From NCBI GenBank assembly GCA_963674865.2, contig CAXXYE010000004.1, positions 709,632-773,631 of the forward strand: DNA of 64,000 bases, in the 5' to 3' direction. Under the pieces are notes generated by a model, which did no database searches, was not told where the DNA came from, and saw only the letters and a list, made by a program, of their open reading frames with translations. This DNA is from Candidatus Hydrogenedentota bacterium. GTDB taxonomy: Bacteria > Hydrogenedentota > Hydrogenedentia > Hydrogenedentales > SLHB01. Both the position numbers and the translations under genes were made by a program. Shown here piece by piece: positions 57,733 to 64,000 of this stretch; positions within the stretch are counted from its first letter, which is position 1; each line of letters starts with the position of its first letter.

Positions 57733-59379
57733 TTAGGAGCCTGCGTCTGCGTGTTCGAGCGGCCAAAGGCCGCTTTCCAGCGCATCGAGCAAGGGCTCAA
57801 AGGTAGCGCGGTCCAGGGCGCAAATGGGCACGGCGTCGAACTGCCGGCGGAGCCCCTGGAGAAGCTCGGAGGGGCACACGTCCGCTTTGTTGAGCAGGCA
57901 CAGCGCAGGCGTCCCGTCCAGTTCCATTTCCGACAGCAAGGATTGAACCGTGGCCATCTGGTCCTCAACATACCGACTGGACGCGTCGAGGACAAGTAGA
58001 ATCAGGTCCGCCTCTTCCAGCTCTTCGAAGGTGGTACGGAAGGCGGCGCGGAGTTCTTTGGGCATGTCACGGATGAAGCCGACGGTGTCGGTTAGAATGA
58101 CCTCGCGCTCGCGGGGGAAGCGTAGGCGGCGTGATACAGGATTGAGGGTGGCGAACATGACATCCTTCGCCACCACGTCGCTGTTGGTCAGGTTGTTGAT
58201 GAGGGTGGACTTGCCGGCATTGGTGTAGCCGACAACGGCGACGATGGGCACGGCGCGGCGCGTCCGCACGGCGCGCCTGAGCTTGCGCCGTTGTCCCAGC
58301 TTTGTCACCTCGCGTTCGAGATGGGCGATACGGTCCTGCACGCGGCGGCGGTCGATTTCGAGCTTCGTTTCTCCGGGGCCGCGGCCGCCGATGCCGCCCG
58401 TGAGCCTTGAGAAAGCCGAGGCGGTTTGCTTCATGCCGAGGCGGGGGAGAAGGTAGCGCAATTGGGCGAGTTCGACCTGAATCTTGCCCTCGCGGGTCTG
58501 GGCGCGCTGGGCGAAGATGTCGAGCACCACTTGGGTCCGGTCGAGTATCTTGAGGTCCGTATACTCGGCCAGGGCATTGACTTGGGCCGGGCTCAGGTCC
58601 GAATCGAAGACGAGGATCTCGGCGCCCGACTGCATGGCCTTGATAAGCGTTTCTTTCAGCCTGCCCTTGCCGAGGACGTAGCGCGGGTCCACCGGGCGGC
58701 GCTGGAGCACCTCATGGGCGACGGCGATACCGGCGCTGCGGGCCAGTTCACGGAGTTCCGCCAACGATTCTTCGGCGTCGTCGGACGTGCGCTCGGACAC
58801 ATGGACTAGGATAGCGCGCTCGCGTTGATCTCCCGCGCGGGCAGTCCTACGGCGGCGGCCGAACTCACCTTCGAGGGCGGCTATCATCTGGGGGAAATCG
58901 TCGGCCAGGTCGTGTAGGCCAACGGGCGGCAGGATCTCCCAGGCTTTCCCGGCGGGGTTGTCCGGAAACAGGTGGGCCGAGAATACCTTTCCGGGCAGTC
59001 CATCCTCCCGGACTCCAACGGCGGCGACGAGGTCCAGCCGCAGCAGGGCGAGGTCGGTGAGGTCGTCATCGTTGAGAGGCTCGCCGTTAAGATGGGTGTG
59101 AACGAGCCGCAGCCCGCAGAGGCGGTCTCGCCCGCGGCGATAGGTGGAAAGATCGGGGAGGAACACGGAGCGGGCGTCGCCGATGAGGACCATCTTCACA
59201 TCGCCGCGCCGGTCAATGAGCATGCCGACTTGGCGCTCGACCTCGCGCGAGATTTCGGACAGGGCCCGGGCGAGTTCGGGGGTGATGATGGCGCCGCCGC
59301 GCACACGGCGGTTGGCGAGCCTTTGGAGGCGCTTCAGTGGCGACGCCTTGAGCCCGTGGGTATTACCGGTGATCCGTAT
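57733..59379 (-). CDS. hflX: GTPase HflX (long N-terminal form), probable ATA start
   Basis: LDIFAQRA, QVELAQL, GGRGPGETKLE, GYTNAGKST, DTVGF and NKAD; homologous N-terminus ITGNTHGLKAS extends upstream of the GTG. Confidence 0.93.
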   Translation of the reverse strand: MRITGNTHGLKASPLKRLQRLANRRVRGGAIITPELARALSEISREVERQVGMLIDRRGDVKMVLIGDARSVFLPDLSTYRRGRDRLCGLRLVHTHLNGEPLNDDDLTDLALLRLDLVAAVGVREDGLPGKVFSAHLFPDNPAGKAWEILPPVGLHDLADDFPQMIAALEGEFGRRRRTARAGDQRERAILVHVSERTSDDAEESLAELRELARSAGIAVAHEVLQRRPVDPRYVLGKGRLKETLIKAMQSGAEILVFDSDLSPAQVNALAEYTDLKILDRTQVVLDIFAQRAQTREGKIQVELAQLRYLLPRLGMKQTASAFSRLTGGIGGRGPGETKLEIDRRRVQDRIAHLEREVTKLGQRRKLRRAVRTRRAVPIVAVVGYTNAGKSTLINNLTNSDVVAKDVMFATLNPVSRRLRFPREREVILTDTVGFIRDMPKELRAAFRTTFEELEEADLILLVLDASSRYVEDQMATVQSLLSEMELDGTPALCLLNKADVCPSELLQGLRRQFDAVPICALDRATFEPLLDALESGLWPLEHADAGS

Positions 59380-59573
59380 CGGCCCCTACCTCCCGGCCCG
59401 TTCGTGAAACCTTACCGCGGGCACTTCGCGGGGACAGTCTCGGAAATGTGCCGCTGCAAACACTGCAAGCGCCATTGTACCTGAGGTGGGGAGGGCAATG
59501 CATTGGCCTCGGACACACGCAGGGCTGCGCGAGAGGGTAGTCCTGGCCTGAGTGAGAACAAGGGCACGGAAAT

Positions 59574-59621
59574 GGGGACACGTAGTCGCGCCGGGGACGG
59601 CGCTTGGAACATGTCCCCTTT
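59574..59621. repeat. 48-bp dispersed hairpin repeat, copy 2
   Basis: Identical to 40608..40655. Confidence 0.9.
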
Positions 59622-59657
59622 CGTCCGGCATTCCTTCAGCGCGGCTTGAAAAACGGG

Positions 59658-60642
59658 TTAGCCCTGCAACATCACCCGCCGGATGATCTTCTGGGTCTCG
59701 ACGGCATCGAGTGTCTTCTGGGCCTTTCGGACCTCGGAGGTATCCATTTTCTCGAGTTTTTTCCAGAAAATGGGAGAGATTCCCGACAGCAATCTGGCAG
59801 GCCTGCGAGGGATCGATGCGTTGGGGAACCATATCAAGCACGACGCATCCTTTGTATTTCGTCGTCTTGAGATAGAACAGGGCTTCCATGAGTTCCCACA
59901 TGTGGACGGTGCCGGGGATCAACATGTCGTCCCAGAGGCGGTAGCAGTCGCTGAAATACATCTGGAAGAGCTTGTTCGAGCGGGAGAGAAAGGCAATCGA
60001 CTCGGCGGGATTCTCGCCGGCTACAAGGGCGTGAGAGAAGTTCATGGCCACGCCGACGTTTTTCATGGCGATCTCTTGGCACAACGACAAGGCCTTACCG
60101 ACGGAGGCCACGGTGAGGTGCTTCCGCGGTTCACGGGGCTTGTAGGCGATGGCAATGTTGATATCGGGGGAAGCGTACTTCGCGATGGTCTTTATGGAGG
60201 AGATCACCGTGTTCCAATGGGTGGTGTAATCCACCTGAAAGGGGTAATCGAAGCCATCACTGAAGAGACGGATGGTGACCTCTGATGCGCCGAGCTGGCG
60301 GGCGATATCCGCAGCCTTGCGCCCCTCGTCAATGGCGGCGTTGCGTGTTTTCTGGTGTTGGTGGCCGAAGGCGGCAAGGGCGAAACGCCTGTCATGGACG
60401 AGGTTGGTAGCCACGCTGGAACAGGCCAGATTGTACTCCTTGATGAGCCGCTTCAGTTCCTTTACCGGAAACTCCGGCGTGACGTCGGTCTGGGCGACCT
60501 CGACCGCGCTCACGCCTTTAAGCTTGGCCACAGCCGCGACACGCTCTTGTACGCGCATTGGCTCGCGGTAGCCTTCCGGACAGAAGCGGTCTGGGGTACC
60601 GGAGAAATTCGATAAGGCAACAGATATTTTTAGGGTCATCAT
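59658..60642 (-). pseudogene. Xylose-isomerase-like TIM-barrel protein; +1 frameshift near 59772-59774 (possibly a sequencing error)
   Basis: DGFDYPFQ, YKPREPR, ENPAES and WDD..PG.VH; removing one C restores ...LSIFWKKLEKMDT...MLQG-stop at 59658. Confidence 0.72.
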
Positions 60643-60774
60643 CGTCTCCAGTCCTGAGAGAAGTTGCTCAGTTTCCCGCTATTCGCATGAAGCGAGATGA
60701 CGAATGCCGACGGTTACTCCACGCAACAGTCCCGGGCAAAGCACCCGCGCGGCCCTTCCGGCCGCTTGCCGACG

Positions 60775-60947
60775 GGACAATACCCTGGGAACTACCTTGG
60801 CCTCCTCTTTGGCCTCACGCCTTGCCGGCGCACGCGCTCACCCACGTTCGATTCCACGTGACTATAGTCACGAGCTGCTACGGGAATGGCGTCCCCGGTT
60901 GCCCTTCGGGCATTGAAACCAGGTGTTTGAGAGACTACCCAAGGTCC
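60775..60947 (-). ncRNA. Candidate structured RNA (about 173 nt, rod-like); family unassigned
   Basis: Ends pair (GGACCUUGGG with CCCAGGG...GUCC); central perfect hairpin CGUGACUAUAGUCACG near the midpoint; side hairpins; lies just downstream of a consensus promoter. Confidence 0.45.
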
Positions 60948-60973
60948 TGAGGTGAAAGGCTTTCAGTGAGCAC

Positions 60974-61002
60974 ATTCTAGTTAATTCGGCCGGGAATGTC
61001 AA
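60974..61002 (-). promoter_or_regulatory. Near-consensus sigma70 promoter
   Basis: TTGACA-N17-TAGAAT on the minus strand. Confidence 0.8.
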
Positions 61003-61368
61003 TAGTCTTGCTCGCACGCCCACCGAAGCGGCTACCCGCGCCGATATCACGCAAGTTATTGCCTACACAGGCGTTAGATATTATTACAGCGGTTCTGGTC
61101 CTGCCAAAAATGCGGCATTTTGCCCCGCCTTTGGCCAGCGGAGACATTGAGCAATGGCCGAAAACGGCTGCGTTGCCTTCTCACAGTATTATGGCTTTAT
61201 TTGAAAAGGTGGGCGTTCAGCGGGCTAGCCGGAATGGGGACGACGTGCTCGCGCCGGAGGGACTCTTAAGGTACCTGCCCGTGGTCGCGGAACGGCTCAC
61301 ATGTGATGGAGACTACAAACTGGGCGGATGGGCATCGTCTAAGGACTTGGAAACAGGGAACGGCGCAT

Positions 61369-61490
61369 AAAAAAAAGGAGGCGAGTGCGGGCAGCGGGGG
61401 AACTACCACTCATGCACTCGCCGGTGGTGGGAACCAGTCATTGCTGACTGCAGTCAAGGGGAAACCCGGGGGAAGTTCCCCCGTTGACCG
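61369..61490 (-). ncRNA. Candidate small RNA with three hairpins and an intrinsic terminator
   Basis: GGUCAA..GGGGAAC/GUUUCCCC..UUGACU stem; CAGUCA-GCAA-UGACUG (GNRA loop); GGCGAGUGC/GCACUCGCC followed closely by U8. Confidence 0.55.
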
Positions 61491-61498
61491 ATTAAAGC

Positions 61499-61524
61499 AA
61501 CATGTCCCCCCCCTCCCTTATTCC
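61499..61524 (-). promoter_or_regulatory. Possible ECF-type promoter
   Basis: GGAAT-N18-GTT immediately upstream of the sRNA candidate; IHF-consensus AATCAA-N4-TTA at 61575-61587. Confidence 0.4.
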
Positions 61525-61943
61525 CAAGTTCCAGAAAAAAATGAAACTTTCTTACGCGATCATAAATGACTTAAAATCAATAACTTAAGGCGCATAAGGC
61601 CGGATAAGCAGCGACCAACGAGAGAAAAAGACTGGAAAACGGCGGCCTGATAGTGCCTTTCGGCCGAGGAATCACGCGGTTGGGGTGGAAGGGCGCCGAA
61701 GAGCCCATTCACTTGTGGCTTCAAGAGGCCCATTTGCGGTAGCTTACAAGGAATGAAGACGAGCGTTCCTTAAGAGGAGATATCGGTACCTAACCCCTCT
61801 TCGGACTCCACAAGGCCTCTTCGAGTTGCCAGGCAGTGTTAGGTGTTGACAGGGGTCCTCGACGAGGGGTAGCATGCCGGGCCAAGTTTCTCTTGCACAA
61901 ACAGGGGCCGCTCTTGCGGGCAACGATGGTTGGAGAGATATCC

Positions 61944-62617
61944 ATGCAGAAAGTCTTGACTCTCATATTGTGTTTGGTCTGTTCGGCGGTTCTGGCCGCA
62001 GAAGGCAACAGGATCCCTACTGGTGAAGCTACGCCTAAGCCGGGTGGCCCTGGTTGGGTCGATTTGCTTGACGCCGACCACACGGCGGGCTGGGAACTTG
62101 CCAAAGAGGGTGAGGGCGCCTTCACCATCGAGGATGGGGTACTGCACATCGCAGGTACGCGGCCGATGGGCTATGCCGGCTACATGGCCGAGAAGTATGG
62201 AAATTTCGCGCTCCACATCGAGTTCAAGACGGTCGCGGGAAACCAACAGCGGGGTGCTTTTCCGGGCGGAACGCAGCGATCCGCCGTTCACGGGCCTGGA
62301 AGTCCAGGTTCTGGACGACTATGGAAAGGACCCGTCCAAGCACAGTTGTGGGGTCGATCTTCGACGTAGCCACGCCGATGTTCAACCTATCACGTCCCAC
62401 GGGGGAGTGGAATTCCTTCGACATCATGTGCAAGGGCAAGCACTTGGAAGTGGTCATGAACGGCTGGAAGATCATCGATATCGACATGTCGAAGATGACC
62501 ATGCCCATCGGGAAGTTCGATACGCCTTACAACGACCTGCCTCTCGACGGGTATCTGTTCCTGCAAGACCACGGCCATGAGGTCTGGTACCGCAATATCC
62601 TCATCAAGAAACTGTAG
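61944..62617 (+). pseudogene. DUF1080 (3-keto-disaccharide hydrolase-like) exported protein with two frameshifts (about 62237 and 62350)
   Basis: Signal peptide, GWVDLLD and YGNFALHIEFK; NSGVLFR and EVQVLDD in a second frame; GEWN and LQDHG.EVWYRNI in a third. Confidence 0.8.
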
Positions 62618-62635
62618 AGCCCAAGAACGCGCGGG

Positions 62636-62677
62636 CCCCGCCCAACTCCGAGTGATTGCCTGCGGAGTTGGGCGGGG
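62636..62677. terminator. 15-bp stem-loop between convergent genes (possible terminator)
   Basis: CCCCGCCCAACTCCG-N12-CGGAGTTGGGCGGGG, with TTTCATTT shortly downstream. Confidence 0.55.
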
Positions 62678-62705
62678 GCCGCGTTTCATTTGCTCTTGTG
62701 ACGGC

Positions 62706-63805
62706 TTACTCGTCAAGAAAGCCGTGTAGAAGTCCCAAGGGCAGGGAAGCAGGCCGGGGACAGGTACTGGCCACCGCCACGTGTGCGCCCGCCTCGGACG
62801 AGTCCAGGAACGAGTGCATCACGTCGAGGACATGGTACATCAGGTCGCCATTGGCACGGTGAGGACGCCCCGTGCGCAGGGCATAGGCCATGTCCGCGAC
62901 GCCGATTCCTCGGCTCTGCTCGGCGTAGCCGTGGGTGAGAGGCACTTCTTTTTCGCTCGTCACGCCCGCGTTGGATCCAACGGGGCCGCCAAAGCCATTC
63001 GGGTCGGGTACGCCCATCGAACCTTCCGTACCGTGGATCTCGATACGCGGCAGCGTGTGGGCCCAGACATCGAAGCTGGTAACGATGGTGCCGATCGCCC
63101 CGTTCTCGAAATCCATCAAGCCGGCGATATGGGTCGGCGTGTTCACCTTGATGCGCATGCCGTATTTGGCCTCGCTCGTGGCAACGCGCTCGGAAATGAG
63201 GCGCGCGCCGAGCCGGCCACACGGCACACGGGCCCGAGAAGGACGGCTGAGGGCGGTAAGGTAGTATGGGCCCATGTCGAACATGGGGCCGCCGCCGGGT
63301 TGGTAGAAGAACTCAGGATTCGGATGCCAGCCTTCGGGTCCGTGGCCCTGCATAAAGGCTGTAGCCGCAATGGGTTCGCCAATCCATCCGTCGTCGATGA
63401 GCTTGCGGCAGGTTTGTATTCCGGCGCCCAGAAAGGTGTCGGGCGCCCCGCCGACGAGAAGGCCCTTCTCTTTGGCCAGTTGGAGGATCTTCTGTCCGTC
63501 TTCCCGCATCACGGCGAGCGGCTTCTCGCCGTGGACGCACTTGCCTGCCTCGAGGGCGGCGAGGGCCACTTCGGCGTGGGCAGCAGGGATGGTCAGGTTG
63601 ACGACGATTTGAATATCGGGGTCGGCGAGCAACTCATCGAGGCTACAGGCTTTGGGGACTCCGTGCTTCTCGGCCTTCTCTGGGCACGTTCGGGTACGAG
63701 ATCCGCGCAGGCGGCGACTTCAAGGATATCGAAGGTCTTGCCCGCCTGAAAGTAGACGTCCGATATGTTGCCACAACCGACGATGCCAATCTTTACTGCT
63801 TCCAT
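62706..63805 (-). pseudogene. Gfo/Idh/MocA oxidoreductase with several frameshifts (possibly sequencing errors)
   Basis: IGIVGCGNIS N-terminus in one frame; [26 protein letters not shown] and EIHGTEG in another; short out-of-frame patches near 63190-63250 and 62955-62985. Confidence 0.85.
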
Positions 63806-64000
63806 GTTCTTCCTTCCGTTCTTCGTCTAACACAATCCGGGAATCGGTGAGAGAGGGGCCGTTGACAAGTCCAGAGTAGCCGGACGCAGGCCGCGAAAGG
63901 ACCTGGGACAGTCCCGTCTGCGTCCGCCTGCGGCGGACTCCGCTTGGGACAGTGCCTGGTGTCCGCAAGACACAATCACCACGACTGATGCTGCTACCGG

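Noticed and set aside
59386..59657. C-terminal extension of the isomerase-like ORF
   Set aside because: Arises from the frameshift and reads through a dispersed repeat
60996..61370. 124-aa ORF between the two RNA candidates
   Set aside because: No motifs, weak start and atypical codon usage; cannot be supported

Overview
GC-rich chromosomal window from a diderm bacterium (lpxK, TolC/RND, lipoproteins). Gene style and repeat content are reminiscent of Hydrogenedentes/PVC-type genomes, but that is inference only. It is mostly housekeeping and metabolic: gltX, ROK and PfkB kinases, lpxK, dprA, tex, metG, lipA/lipB, hom, thrC, hflX, a GH4 hydrolase and a MarR-RND-TolC pump. Accessory genes include a HEPN/MNT toxin-antitoxin pair, two CgeB-like paralogues, an ABC-F ATPase, two ECF sigma factors (one fused to a TM helix and a large repeat ectodomain), a PocR-STAS protein and an HGGxSTG protein. 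No CRISPR, rRNA, tRNA, integrase or intact transposase was seen. The intergenic DNA holds the most unusual signals: (1) a 7 x 92-bp hairpin array inside the ROK-PfkB operon in which every unit carries an RBS-like motif and a 25-31 codon hydrophobic mini-ORF; (2) two unannotated structured-RNA candidates at 60.8-61.5 kb, each with a recognisable promoter; (3) a MITE-like element; (4) many REP-like palindrome families. Two proteins look like pseudo-enzymes (a XylR-type sigma54 activator and a xylose-isomerase-like barrel), and hflX appears to start at ATA. Several single-base homopolymer frameshifts in the right third of the window are probably sequencing errors.
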